Origin: a virus
Taxonomy: Duplodnaviria > Caudoviricetes
IMG/VR virus record: IMGVR_UViG_3300045120_000280
Location: 1-55,578 of that record
Direction: 5' to 3' (one strand)
DNA length: 55,578 bases
In this document: positions 36,284-46,011 of the stretch, one piece after another
Position numbering within the stretch: position 1 is the first letter of the stretch
Layout of the letters: each line of letters opens with the position of its first letter
Program-made: the position numbers and the translations under genes
Notes under the pieces: generated by a model
Database searches by the model: none
What the model saw: only the letters and a program-made list of their open reading frames with translations
What the model was told of the DNA's origin: nothing

Positions 36284-37271
36284 GTTCCTTTGCCTCCTGA
36301 AGTTTGTTGGCGTAAATCGGCATCTGCTTTCCGGAAGATGTCCTGACCGTCACCACACCTCCTGAAGCCGGAACAACACCGATGTCGGGATGGTTAATGG
36401 GTGCAGCCATGTTTTTCCAACGGGCATCCAACTCTGCCCGTTTCTGCTGGAAAGAGTTTATCGTTCCCATGTCCACCTTGGCCAAGACATTACCGTTGAC
36501 GTCCTTGATTATCTTCCTGCCGGTTGGCGTTGCGCCATAGCTGGTGCCAAGGTATCCGCCCACCTTCTCGTCCTCCAGGTCTTTCGGACTCATGTACCAG
36601 TTCTTGTTCTGTAGCAGGGCATTTCCGCCACCGAGCGTTTGCCCGATGTTGTCATTGAACAGCTGTTCGTCCGTTTTCAGGGCGCGATAATTCTGGTCGC
36701 GCACCGTGTTGGCCTGACGCATCAGGTTAGCGGCTGCCGTCTGAATAGCGGCTGACGTACCGGGTAGTTTTCCCCACTCTGACTGAAGTTTCAGAATGTC
36801 CCGTTCGTACGGCGGCGTGCCTGGCTGGCTATCAAGCAATGAAGCTGCCTGATTGAACCCGGCGGTGGCTTCTGCCTCGTTCCTTTTGAGTGAGTCCTGG
36901 TTATCAAGCCTTGTTTGCCTGATCTGAATCGCCCAGTCCCGGTTATCCTGCGCCCTGTCCCTGTCCTTGCCAGCTTCAATGTCTTTTGCCTTGTCCCAGT
37001 TCAGCCGGTCGTAAAACTCCTTCATCTGGGTGTCCTGCTTTTCCTTATCCCACTGGAATTTTGCTTCCCTCATTGCGTTCTCATGCTGCATCTGTGAAGC
37101 GCGAAGATTGTACTGAGCTAACTGGTTTTCGTAGTACTGCTGTTTGGCATTGTTATTGGCGTGAGCCTGCCAGGCGTTTGTTCCTTCCCGGAATCCGGAC
37201 ATGACGGCTCCCGCGATGTCGGGTGACGCCACTGTGGGTATTTGAACTGATGGTGAGAATTCGTTAGCCAT
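36246..37271 (-). CDS. Internal virion/ejection protein (341 aa)
   Basis: Q/N/A-rich coiled coils; position in the ejection cluster. Confidence 0.65.
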   Translation of the reverse strand: MANEFSPSVQIPTVASPDIAGAVMSGFREGTNAWQAHANNNAKQQYYENQLAQYNLRASQMQHENAMREAKFQWDKEKQDTQMKEFYDRLNWDKAKDIEAGKDRDRAQDNRDWAIQIRQTRLDNQDSLKRNEAEATAGFNQAASLLDSQPGTPPYERDILKLQSEWGKLPGTSAAIQTAAANLMRQANTVRDQNYRALKTDEQLFNDNIGQTLGGGNALLQNKNWYMSPKDLEDEKVGGYLGTSYGATPTGRKIIKDVNGNVLAKVDMGTINSFQQKRAELDARWKNMAAPINHPDIGVVPASGGVVTVRTSSGKQMPIYANKLQEAKERDPGLTVITDQQ

Positions 37272-37272
37272 G

Positions 37273-38271
37273 TTAGATGTTTCCTCCCGGGATGTTTAAG
37301 TATCTTTGATTGGGATCATACCCTGGTTGATACGAAATGGGATTGTATGACCCGCCTGCCGGGTTGACGGAACTGGGCGGCGGGACTGAGTTAAATGAGT
37401 TAGGAGGCGGCGGGTAGTACAGGCTGCCATCCGGATTGGTCTGGAATGGAGTCGCGTTATACTGGATGGTGGCGTTCGCACCACTGTCACTGCCGCCTAT
37501 CTCATACGGCTGTCCGGTAAGTTTAGCCCACTGTCCCGAAATGCTGTCGCTAGAAGGGACACTCTTGATTGCTGATGCACCTGTCTGGGCTGAATTCATT
37601 GAGTTACCAGCTCCAAAGCCGCCTCCCGCGTACGCACCAAGAATGCTTCCTGCCAGTCTCCCGCGATCAGCCCATGCCGGGTCTGGTTGGGCATTCTCGA
37701 TTGCCTTTTGCAATTTTGCATCACGCTGGGCCGCATACTGTTTCGCCATGAAGTCGGTGTACCACTGCGGGCTGTAAAGATATGCGTTCTCAGGCAGCAT
37801 GGTGCCCTTGGCTATCTGCTGCCATCTCTGTGTTGCGTTGCCACCGGCGGCAGCGGCGTCTATCCCGGCTTTCTGGTAATCCAGTAGCCCGCCCGGGCCA
37901 GCGAAGAAATTACGAATCTGGTTCGCTCCTCCTGCGGCTGGATTCCAGAACCCCATTCCGCTTGTCAGGTTCTGCTGCGCCCCGAATCGTCGCAGGGCGT
38001 CCTGAGCTTCCGGTGGAATGTCTCCCTTCTGCCATGCCAGCGCGTTCTTTTCTGTCTGGAGAGCATTCTCTCCACCGGCAGCCAGCAGACCGGGAAGGTC
38101 AAATCCCATCTCGCTAAACTGGTTCTGCTGGAACAGCTGGCTGAGTTGCTGAATCTCCGGCCAGTCGGTGATCTCCCCGTTGAGGAGCCTTTTAAGCATT
38201 TCATCGGGATCGGTTTTCTTAAAATCCGGAACCTTGACCTTCGTACCATGAATCAGTGTTGATAATGACAT
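37273..38271 (-). CDS. Internal virion/ejection protein (332 aa)
   Basis: Gly/Ala/Gln-rich with an LAGSILGAYAGGG segment. Confidence 0.65.
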   Translation of the reverse strand: MSLSTLIHGTKVKVPDFKKTDPDEMLKRLLNGEITDWPEIQQLSQLFQQNQFSEMGFDLPGLLAAGGENALQTEKNALAWQKGDIPPEAQDALRRFGAQQNLTSGMGFWNPAAGGANQIRNFFAGPGGLLDYQKAGIDAAAAGGNATQRWQQIAKGTMLPENAYLYSPQWYTDFMAKQYAAQRDAKLQKAIENAQPDPAWADRGRLAGSILGAYAGGGFGAGNSMNSAQTGASAIKSVPSSDSISGQWAKLTGQPYEIGGSDSGANATIQYNATPFQTNPDGSLYYPPPPNSFNSVPPPSSVNPAGGSYNPISYQPGYDPNQRYLNIPGGNI

Positions 38272-38274
38272 ATT

Positions 38275-39723
38275 TTAGCTCCCGTAACCGCCGACATCGC
38301 CCAGTCCAAAACCATAGGTCTGGATATGGACGGTGTGCCTGATTCCTGACAGGTAATTTTTGAGTTCCTTGTCCAAAATGTCCAAAGCCTGCTGCTGATC
38401 CACCTGTGCCAGCTGGGCAATCTGAGGATTAGGATTCTCCTCTTTCATTTTGGCTGACACCATCAGCCTCAGGGCTTCGTAATTCCTGATAACCATCAGG
38501 TCACCAGGTTCTTTCAAGACCCATTTCAATTTACAGACTGCGGTGAATGAAGTCCCAACGTCGCAGCTGGCGATCAGTTTGTAAGCCCTGCGCGGAGCGT
38601 TAAACCCGGGCTGCAACTTGTTGCCTTGGTCAATCAGCATGGAACAGCCCGGAGCACCGCCAGGCCCGTTCTCCAGAAACTGAAAGAACTGGCTTCTGAT
38701 GGGGATAGGCCGTCCACAAAGATCAACCGCCAGAACCGATTCCACGCTGGTGGGCATGTAAAGGAGGCCGCCAAGCACCGTCCCGTGGATGGTAACCACG
38801 GTGTCTTTCCAGATGCCGCGCTCCATGAGCCTGCGCTCGGCCTGCTGGATTGTCCATGTAAGGTCACGCTTGGACATGCGGAGAGCTTCCGGGAGATCGA
38901 GCGCGATCTGGGCGCGCACCCAGCCCAGCGTGTTTTCCCTGAAGTTCACAATGTCCTCCAGATACCCGGACTTGCGGTGCATGTAGTTGCGGGGATCGAA
39001 GATGTGCTTCTTGACCTCGGCCTGAAGGATGTCCATCCCGCTCTGCCGGTACTTCTGGGCCTCGTCCGGGGAGTTGTTCTCGTAACGCTCGATGGAAAGG
39101 ATGATGCACTTAATGGCCTCGATGTTCTGGATGATGAGGTAATCCTCGTCCCCCTTGAGCGGGAGGTAACGCTTCGCTCCGGTCACCTGGATAACTGCAT
39201 TGGCCGGGTTGAGGCCGGGGTAGAAGTAGATTCTCCTGACATCCTCTGGGTCTTCAGGGTTTCCGTTCAGGCCGAAGTCCAGCAGCGGGTTGTCCATGGC
39301 CGAAGCGGGATCGAGATACGCCGACTGGCTCACGATCTCATACCAGACCTGAGTGGTGTCCTTCTTGTTATAGGCAGCGGTCGAGTCTGCGGGAGTCAGC
39401 GGATGCGCCTCAATGATGTTCTCCATGTTCGGCGGGAGCACCAGGAAACGGCTTATGGCGGTGATGTTACAGACCATCATGCCACCAACAGGGATCATGT
39501 AATCCATGATGATTTTCGTGGCCTCGTTCAAACGAACCAGGACACGCGGGTCATCAAATCCCACGCCATTGTCCACGATCCCTGCGATCATGGGGGCAAC
39601 GTCCTTGAACTGCATTCCCCCGGGTATGGGAAGGAAAGCCTGCGGCGGCGGGAACACAATATCCGCCATCTCTGCTGTGTCTGGTGATGTAATCATGTTC
39701 GGTACCCCAGGAAGATTATCCAA
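38275..39723 (-). CDS. Head-tail adaptor (tail tubular A-like), tandemly duplicated domain
   Basis: Two similar halves: RLNEATKII/TIQQAERRL, LVLPPNMENI/LYMPTSVESV, IIQNIEAIK/VIRNYEALR. Confidence 0.6.
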   Translation of the reverse strand: MDNLPGVPNMITSPDTAEMADIVFPPPQAFLPIPGGMQFKDVAPMIAGIVDNGVGFDDPRVLVRLNEATKIIMDYMIPVGGMMVCNITAISRFLVLPPNMENIIEAHPLTPADSTAAYNKKDTTQVWYEIVSQSAYLDPASAMDNPLLDFGLNGNPEDPEDVRRIYFYPGLNPANAVIQVTGAKRYLPLKGDEDYLIIQNIEAIKCIILSIERYENNSPDEAQKYRQSGMDILQAEVKKHIFDPRNYMHRKSGYLEDIVNFRENTLGWVRAQIALDLPEALRMSKRDLTWTIQQAERRLMERGIWKDTVVTIHGTVLGGLLYMPTSVESVLAVDLCGRPIPIRSQFFQFLENGPGGAPGCSMLIDQGNKLQPGFNAPRRAYKLIASCDVGTSFTAVCKLKWVLKEPGDLMVIRNYEALRLMVSAKMKEENPNPQIAQLAQVDQQQALDILDKELKNYLSGIRHTVHIQTYGFGLGDVGGYGS

Positions 39724-40466
39724 GCCAAGGCGACAAATGGCGGGATGATGCTAATAGGATCAGGAGTTGTATTACCGCCTGTCGCTTGAACGGGAACGGC
39801 TATATTTTTGGTCGGGTCACCAATAGCCACTTTGCCAAATAAGGGCTTGGTTCCATCGAGTGTTTCTCCTCCACCTGGCGTAATTCCATATCGGCCAACC
39901 TCAAACTGCCCAATGTCACCAGCGGTATCCTTGAACATATTAGCCGCAGCCAGTGTGACATCTTTCTCTCCACCAACGTGCTTTCCCGTGTCGTCGCCAA
40001 TCCAGCTCACCCATTCGTTGTCCACATAACCGGAGTGGCCCTCGTTGTTCATATGCGCTCCAATCATGAACTGGTCGCTGTAATCCGGTGCGCCATCGTT
40101 ACCGTTGCACAGATGCCAGCCATCGTATTCGCCGCCCACATTCCCCCATCCAGTGGAGTCGAAGTCGGTGCCGGGGTTTCCGTTGTAGCCACGGATTTCG
40201 TTCATCATCCCGTTGTAGATTCGCCGCCATGTGCCGTTCCAGTGAACCTTGATGGCAATCGGGCGGCCCTGTGAATCCAGCTGAAACCACACCTTGTCCT
40301 GGTCGTCAGCCCCGGGTTCTCCATTCTGGAGCACGTAGGGCGTGTAGTCCCCTACGATATTGGAAATGAGGTGGAGGTTCAGCAGCGTGAACAGCTGCTG
40401 AAGATTCAACGGTGCCGCGTTTGGATCGGGCATCGAGACTTGAGTTGTAACTGTGGGGCTGGGCAT
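39693..40466 (-). CDS. Tail collar-domain protein
   Basis: GWHLCNG..GAPD..DQFMIGA, GGEKDVTL, PPFVALAWII. Confidence 0.75.
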   Translation of the reverse strand: MPSPTVTTQVSMPDPNAAPLNLQQLFTLLNLHLISNIVGDYTPYVLQNGEPGADDQDKVWFQLDSQGRPIAIKVHWNGTWRRIYNGMMNEIRGYNGNPGTDFDSTGWGNVGGEYDGWHLCNGNDGAPDYSDQFMIGAHMNNEGHSGYVDNEWVSWIGDDTGKHVGGEKDVTLAAANMFKDTAGDIGQFEVGRYGITPGGGETLDGTKPLFGKVAIGDPTKNIAVPVQATGGNTTPDPISIIPPFVALAWIIFLGYRT

Positions 40467-40469
40467 AAT

Positions 40470-40784
40470 TTAGACCTTGGCTGTGCTTTTTTCTATCTGC
40501 CTCTGGGCGTGAAGCCTGAACCGGTCTATGACAATGTGGCCGGTGCCTGAGAACTTGACCTGAAAATCGTAACCACGGCGCAACCTCCGGCCAGTCGTTA
40601 GATCAACGTCGTTGGCTGGTTTGCCCAGCGGCACGCGGGGCGCGAAACCAGCGCGCACGGTGGGATTGCCACCGGCATCAATAGCCCCGGCCTTCCCGAT
40701 CATGGTGAACTTGTCGGTGAAGTCCCTCCAGAGCGTCCAGTACGGGTAATTGTCCGGACGGTAATGAATTCTTAAATCGTGCAT
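40470..40784 (-). CDS. Probable C-terminal fragment of the tail nozzle protein
   Basis: TAATG-coupled; YRPDNYPYW..W...GYDFQVKFSGTG..I.RFRL beta-strand ending typical of nozzle C-termini. Confidence 0.6.
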   Translation of the reverse strand: MHDLRIHYRPDNYPYWTLWRDFTDKFTMIGKAGAIDAGGNPTVRAGFAPRVPLGKPANDVDLTTGRRLRRGYDFQVKFSGTGHIVIDRFRLHAQRQIEKSTAKV

Positions 40785-42685
40785 TATTCGATAATGTCCT
40801 TCAGCCAGAGGTCGCCATCGTAGAGTTCATTCTCGGTGAACACGGTGGAGTCCTGCGGGTTGAGTTTATTGAAATCAAAGGAGCGGCTGGTCATGTCCCA
40901 GCTAATGCGATTGCCATCAAAGTCATCCTTGTCGTCCTTCGACAGCTCAAAGAGTTGATTGGCCAGAAACGGTACGCCATTGTCGTCCAGCTGTGTTTCC
41001 AGTCCAAACACGAATGCGCGCGTCGTTCCCTGAAACGTCCCGGTCAGCATGGTGACGGGAAGAAACTGCTCGCTGTACCACTGGCCTTCCCATGCTGGTT
41101 TACTGGCCTGAGGAGCCTGCACGCTTCCGCCAAAGGAGCTAAGGACATCGAAGTCCACCACCGCCATGCCAGCGTGAATGGGCCGTCCATTGTTCCACAT
41201 GGGCGAAGTGGTGACCAGTACGCGGTTGTCGAAGTAAATGGCGGAGCAGTATTTGAGCAGCCAGTCGCTGTCGTTCCCGAGGTACTGTTTAACATTGGTG
41301 GAAAGCGGGATGTGCGCCCAGCCGCTCTGTTCGCTGCGCGCCTGCCGGTAGGAACGCATTCCGTCATCCGCCCTGAACCAGAGGTCTTCGTTCACCACGG
41401 ATATAGAGCGATGCCCGCGAAGCCCGGTGGTGAGGAGTGCCAGTATCTGGAAGGAGCTGGTTTTCCAGAGCGTCCTTTCCAGCGACATGAAGAAGCTGGT
41501 GGCACCGCGCTCGGCAAACACCATGAGCTGGCCGTTGCCGGTGGAAGTGTCCAGCTGCGGGAAGAAGATCATTCCCGTGGCGATTCCCTGCGTGAATGGA
41601 ATGGCGGCATCGAAACCTTCAGCCAGGAAATTTCGCTCAGTGAACAGGATCAGCGAATCAGCCGGGTCGGGAAGATCGTGGCTGCCATGGAGATCACCGA
41701 AAGCCACATCGCGCTTGTTTACGATCACGCACAGGCGTCCCATCCCGTAGGCCATGATGGTGCCGACAGGAATCTCGGTGTTGTTGATGTCCACGCTGAC
41801 CTTGGCCCGACGCGCCTTTATCGAATTGTAAATGATGGCATTGGCTTTTCCGTCCTGCGCGATCAGCCATTTGTCGGCCTGCACCATGTAGGCAATCGGA
41901 CTGTTCTGCATGTTGCGAAGGTTCCTGTCCTCGTCCTGAATGACGACTTCAGTGACCCTGGCACTGGTAACGTGCGGGACGATCTTGAACATGCGGCCAC
42001 CGATCATGGCGATGATGCAGTCTTCGCCATTGTGCGGCGAGTAGGCGATTGCGCTTTGCAGGATGCCGTGCCTGTAAATGTACTCGGAATTCTCGTTGGT
42101 GAAACAAGTGTCGACGGCGACGAACTTCAGGATCGTATGCACGCCACTCCCGTGGTGAACGAACCCGATGGGCGTCCCTCCGTCCGTATGGGAAATATAA
42201 AGCCTGGTCGCGGTCAGTCCTTGCGCCAGAACGTAATAATGGATGCCAGGGCTTATGTTTGGAGGAAGTATCCCAGTGGTGGTAAACGACACCAGATCAG
42301 AAGCGGCCAGGTTGTGAGGAACGCTCACCCTGATGGTCGGCGGATGAGACGGGTCATTGGCAAAGGAGCAGGTTCCGATAGTGGCGGATGCGCCAACCGG
42401 GATGTTGTCCGGCTTGTATTCGCCCTCGATGAAATCGCGCGCGGGAGCAGGCAGCGGATAAGAGCGAGGAGCGTTGAAGCACCATTTCTGTCGGGTGCGA
42501 GGTTGAGGGAAGGTTTCCTTCAGCTTCCTAAACCCGGGCCGGGTAGTCATGCTCCCGCCACGGAAGGTGACATTGCGAGCCTCATGGGACTGATTGATTT
42601 CCAGCGTGTCTGGAAGGCGGCCAGCGTCCACGCCGCCCTCCAGTGACAACCAGCCATCAAAAACTCTATTCTTGTCAGTAATCAT
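40784..42685 (-). CDS. Tail nozzle (tail tubular B / stabilisation protein-like)
   Basis: GGVDAG.LP, ARNVTFRGG.M.TRPG N-terminus; beta-propeller-like composition. Confidence 0.7.
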   Translation of the reverse strand: MITDKNRVFDGWLSLEGGVDAGRLPDTLEINQSHEARNVTFRGGSMTTRPGFRKLKETFPQPRTRQKWCFNAPRSYPLPAPARDFIEGEYKPDNIPVGASATIGTCSFANDPSHPPTIRVSVPHNLAASDLVSFTTTGILPPNISPGIHYYVLAQGLTATRLYISHTDGGTPIGFVHHGSGVHTILKFVAVDTCFTNENSEYIYRHGILQSAIAYSPHNGEDCIIAMIGGRMFKIVPHVTSARVTEVVIQDEDRNLRNMQNSPIAYMVQADKWLIAQDGKANAIIYNSIKARRAKVSVDINNTEIPVGTIMAYGMGRLCVIVNKRDVAFGDLHGSHDLPDPADSLILFTERNFLAEGFDAAIPFTQGIATGMIFFPQLDTSTGNGQLMVFAERGATSFFMSLERTLWKTSSFQILALLTTGLRGHRSISVVNEDLWFRADDGMRSYRQARSEQSGWAHIPLSTNVKQYLGNDSDWLLKYCSAIYFDNRVLVTTSPMWNNGRPIHAGMAVVDFDVLSSFGGSVQAPQASKPAWEGQWYSEQFLPVTMLTGTFQGTTRAFVFGLETQLDDNGVPFLANQLFELSKDDKDDFDGNRISWDMTSRSFDFNKLNPQDSTVFTENELYDGDLWLKDIIE

Positions 42686-44454
42686 GTTGGTAAAGTCGGT
42701 GGCGTTCCGCGACCAATGCGTTCTCCCGGCAGGCTCGGCCCCTGTCCGGCCTTTGGCATAGAACTGACAAGGCTGTTGTAGTAGGCGGGATTGGCGCGAA
42801 GGATGTCGCCCAGCTGAACCTGTCCGGCATGGAACGCATTCCAGTTTCCTCCGGATGGCCCTGATGGGGTATTAGGGAACGGACTGGGCATCAGTGCTTT
42901 CATGCCGCCGAACTGGCCTGGGCTGGTGTAACGTCCCCTCATCATGTTCTTAAGGTATTGCCTGTCCAGAATGCTTAACGCTCCGCTGCGCGCTCCCAGC
43001 ACATTGGCATTCGTCATGTTATTGCCGAAGCCTCCCGCTGTTGCCCCGGCCACCGAGGTCGCTCCATGCACCGGAAAGTTGTAACCACCGGGATTCATGG
43101 TGCTTGGGCCACGGTCAAAGATTCCTGTTCCAGCGTTGGTGAGAGTGGTGTCATGGAAGAAACTTCCTCCCTGACCGCCAACACCATAATCACCCACATC
43201 GTATGCGCCTGCGGTCGGGCCGGTGACCTGAGAAGGGAACTGACTGTTCGTTCCCTGTCCCTCCCTGTAGCCAATGCTGGTCAGATAGGCAGGATCAGTG
43301 TTCCGTGGATCGTTCATTATGTTGTGATACAAATCCTCGCCCGCCTGAATGCCTCCCTTGATGATATTGCCAGCGGCATCAACGAGAACTCTGGTTCCAT
43401 CTGACATCAGTTTCACCATCGTCTGCCCGGGGTGAAACGCATCATGCCAGCTGTATCGGGGATCAATCGGAGGCGGATTGCGCTCAAAGTTGCGAATCGC
43501 CGCTTCATCACTCTGAGAGGTTTCCGTGCCGGGAATAACCTTTCCATCAGCACCAATCATTCCGGGGCTTCCACGGGTTACTACATCCCCGCCTGAAGCA
43601 GACTGATTGCCACCTCCACCTGTTCCAAGCAGTCCGGTGGCAGATGTCCCCGGGAACTGGTTGACGTAGAAAGGATATTGATACGGCTGACTTGGTGGAG
43701 TGAACGGGCGATTCACTGGTTCTGTCCCCGTCTCGTCATAGGAAATAGTTCCCGGCGCGCTGCTGCCTGCATCAGCAGCATTTGGCTGATCTTCCCAGCC
43801 CCAGATTTGCTGGTAGATGTCCGGTGGCATCGGCTGGATTCCGGTAATCATCCCCGGGTCTGTGGTCGAGGAGTAATCCGGCGGCAAATCCGGCGGGAAG
43901 TAACCACCTTGCTCATTGGGACGCATCGCATCGTTAGTCACCGGGTTCTGGATGGGATCAAAACCCGCCGGGGGCGGTTCATTAGCGTAATCCGGTGGCG
44001 GTTCATTGGGGAAATCCGGAAACGGGTCTTCATTGAAACCCGGCTGAGTGGCGTAAGAGGTATCAGGATCGCCCAGGTAATACTTGCCATCGGGATACAT
44101 CGTTTCATTGATGGGGATGTTCCGCGTTGGGTCGTTGGTGTTGATAGGAGGCAGTTCTCCACCCCAGAAATTGGGAGGGTAAGTTACGTTGGGAGGATTG
44201 GTTTCAGAAAAGATGTTCACCTGACCCGGTACGTCCGGGGTGGGATCAGGAAACACGCCGGGTGGAACGTCGAACCCAGAGTGTGGCACATTGGGCGGAA
44301 AGTAGTTTCCCTGGAACACACTGGGTGGAGCATTAACAGCCTCATGCGGGTAATTGTAACCTCCCGGCGTGGGAGATGGCAGCGGAGGAGGTTCAATCCC
44401 GGGATTGGAATAACCCAGCTGCTGCCTCAACAAATCCAGTTGCTGTTGCGTCAT
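42682..44454 (-). CDS. Pro/Gly-rich low-complexity virion protein (590 aa)
   Basis: ATGA-coupled within the tail operon. Confidence 0.7.
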   Translation of the reverse strand: MTQQQLDLLRQQLGYSNPGIEPPPLPSPTPGGYNYPHEAVNAPPSVFQGNYFPPNVPHSGFDVPPGVFPDPTPDVPGQVNIFSETNPPNVTYPPNFWGGELPPINTNDPTRNIPINETMYPDGKYYLGDPDTSYATQPGFNEDPFPDFPNEPPPDYANEPPPAGFDPIQNPVTNDAMRPNEQGGYFPPDLPPDYSSTTDPGMITGIQPMPPDIYQQIWGWEDQPNAADAGSSAPGTISYDETGTEPVNRPFTPPSQPYQYPFYVNQFPGTSATGLLGTGGGGNQSASGGDVVTRGSPGMIGADGKVIPGTETSQSDEAAIRNFERNPPPIDPRYSWHDAFHPGQTMVKLMSDGTRVLVDAAGNIIKGGIQAGEDLYHNIMNDPRNTDPAYLTSIGYREGQGTNSQFPSQVTGPTAGAYDVGDYGVGGQGGSFFHDTTLTNAGTGIFDRGPSTMNPGGYNFPVHGATSVAGATAGGFGNNMTNANVLGARSGALSILDRQYLKNMMRGRYTSPGQFGGMKALMPSPFPNTPSGPSGGNWNAFHAGQVQLGDILRANPAYYNSLVSSMPKAGQGPSLPGERIGRGTPPTLPT

Positions 44455-46010
44455 GGCATATTTTCCAGTTTCTCAAACAGCACCCACTTTGAAATGTCGT
44501 CGTTGTAGACGAACCGTGACGCCATCCGGGTGAATGGCCCCATCAGGGTGACCAGTGGAATGGCGGTCGAGGCCGTGAACTTTGGCCCCCAGGCGATGGA
44601 GGTTCCAACCGGGCCTAACGCTCCGGCAGAATTGAAAATCCAGATCAGCAACTCCTGTCCGTTATCCGCGCCCCCGGTCATGTTGTCACTCATCGACACG
44701 ATGTTGTCGGTAAGGTTGGTGATGTGAAACACATCCATGTTGTCCGTGTTGATGCCCGGTTTCGGGTTGGAAGCGATCTTCACCGTTCGCTTGACGATGT
44801 GCTTGTTCTTAAAGGTTTCCGCTCCGCTGGTGGTAGCCACTTGTCCCGCGACAGGAAGGGTCAGACTGGTGTTGTCGGTCAGTCTGAAGGTCAGGGAGTT
44901 GGCTGAAACAGCATCGAGAATATCAACGGTCTTCAGGTCGCCATTTATCATGAGACGACCAGCATTGGCATGCCCTGTTCCGCCAATCAGTGGACTAAGC
45001 AGTGTTGCCTGCCATGTCCCTGTCGTGACCACACCGAGAGTCACAATGGAATCCTGGCCGACGTAGGCGGGGTCAATGTCAACGCTGTCCGGGTTCACAG
45101 CGATTCGCCCTGCCGTTCCTCCCACGTTAAGCGTCGTTCCATCAGCAGTCAGACCTGTTCCTGCTATCAGGGCGGAGATAATAGACTGCGCCGAGGAAAA
45201 CTGAACGAAATGCACGTTGTCGCCTATGCCGGGAGGATCATTAACGAAAGCGGGCGTTGTCTGAACCCAGCTTGTTCCGGCGTTTTGAGTGCCTTCCAGC
45301 ACAGTGCAGTACGCTCCCAGGAATTCCGGGGAAGTATCGCAATCATCTGCCCGATCCCAGTTACCCGTTTCGGTAACTACCCAGATACCATTTTCGTATG
45401 GTCTTGAGTGCTGGTTTTTAACCAGTATTCGGTCGTCTACCTCCGTTTCAAATCCATCAATGAATCGAGTCCCTTGCAAGATAATATCCCCGGAGGTGGT
45501 GGCTAACCTGACTGCTTCTTTTGGAACCAGTCCTTGCAGCAGGCTGTCCATAAATCCCATGTTGACCGCATCCCCTGGGTCTACCGGGTTGGCGACATTG
45601 ATGAGGCGTTTGAAGTTCAGGTTTACGTCGCCCTGGGGATGACGGATGAACTCAAGGCTGGGCACCCTGTCCGGATCAAGAGGCGTCCCATGCCACACTC
45701 CGGAACTGATAGTTCCCACCTGTGCAATCCTGCCTTGCTGCTGCGGCGTCAGGGTTCCGTTGTCCGGGCCAATGTCCACGAATTGAGGCCGCCTTGAATG
45801 CCACACAAGCGGGTCTGCCATGTCGAAATCATGTATCCATTCATTGGCCGGAGGATGAAACGCTGGCGGCTGACCGAACGGTGGAAGGTTGCTGGTGTCC
45901 AGATGGAGCAGGCGATGGTTCGCCATGTCTACGTCGTTCTGCGCCAGTCCGTCGTAGATGAGCGTGCGCCCCGTGAGCATGTCGGGTGGTGCTTCGATTT
46001 CGTCGTCCAT
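44451..46010 (-). CDS. Tail fibre/decoration protein (519 aa)
   Basis: DAVN..FMD...GL.PKEAVRLAT...DRILVKNQ...ENGIW module; C-terminal domain shared with 53701..55413. Confidence 0.7.
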   Translation of the reverse strand: MDDEIEAPPDMLTGRTLIYDGLAQNDVDMANHRLLHLDTSNLPPFGQPPAFHPPANEWIHDFDMADPLVWHSRRPQFVDIGPDNGTLTPQQQGRIAQVGTISSGVWHGTPLDPDRVPSLEFIRHPQGDVNLNFKRLINVANPVDPGDAVNMGFMDSLLQGLVPKEAVRLATTSGDIILQGTRFIDGFETEVDDRILVKNQHSRPYENGIWVVTETGNWDRADDCDTSPEFLGAYCTVLEGTQNAGTSWVQTTPAFVNDPPGIGDNVHFVQFSSAQSIISALIAGTGLTADGTTLNVGGTAGRIAVNPDSVDIDPAYVGQDSIVTLGVVTTGTWQATLLSPLIGGTGHANAGRLMINGDLKTVDILDAVSANSLTFRLTDNTSLTLPVAGQVATTSGAETFKNKHIVKRTVKIASNPKPGINTDNMDVFHITNLTDNIVSMSDNMTGGADNGQELLIWIFNSAGALGPVGTSIAWGPKFTASTAIPLVTLMGPFTRMASRFVYNDDISKWVLFEKLENMP

Positions 46011-46011
46011 A

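Noticed and set aside
40955-42646. 563-aa plus-strand ORF (likewise 38626..39687, 24973..25887 and 11998..12774)
   Set aside because: Antisense shadows of real genes caused by codon bias; no motifs.
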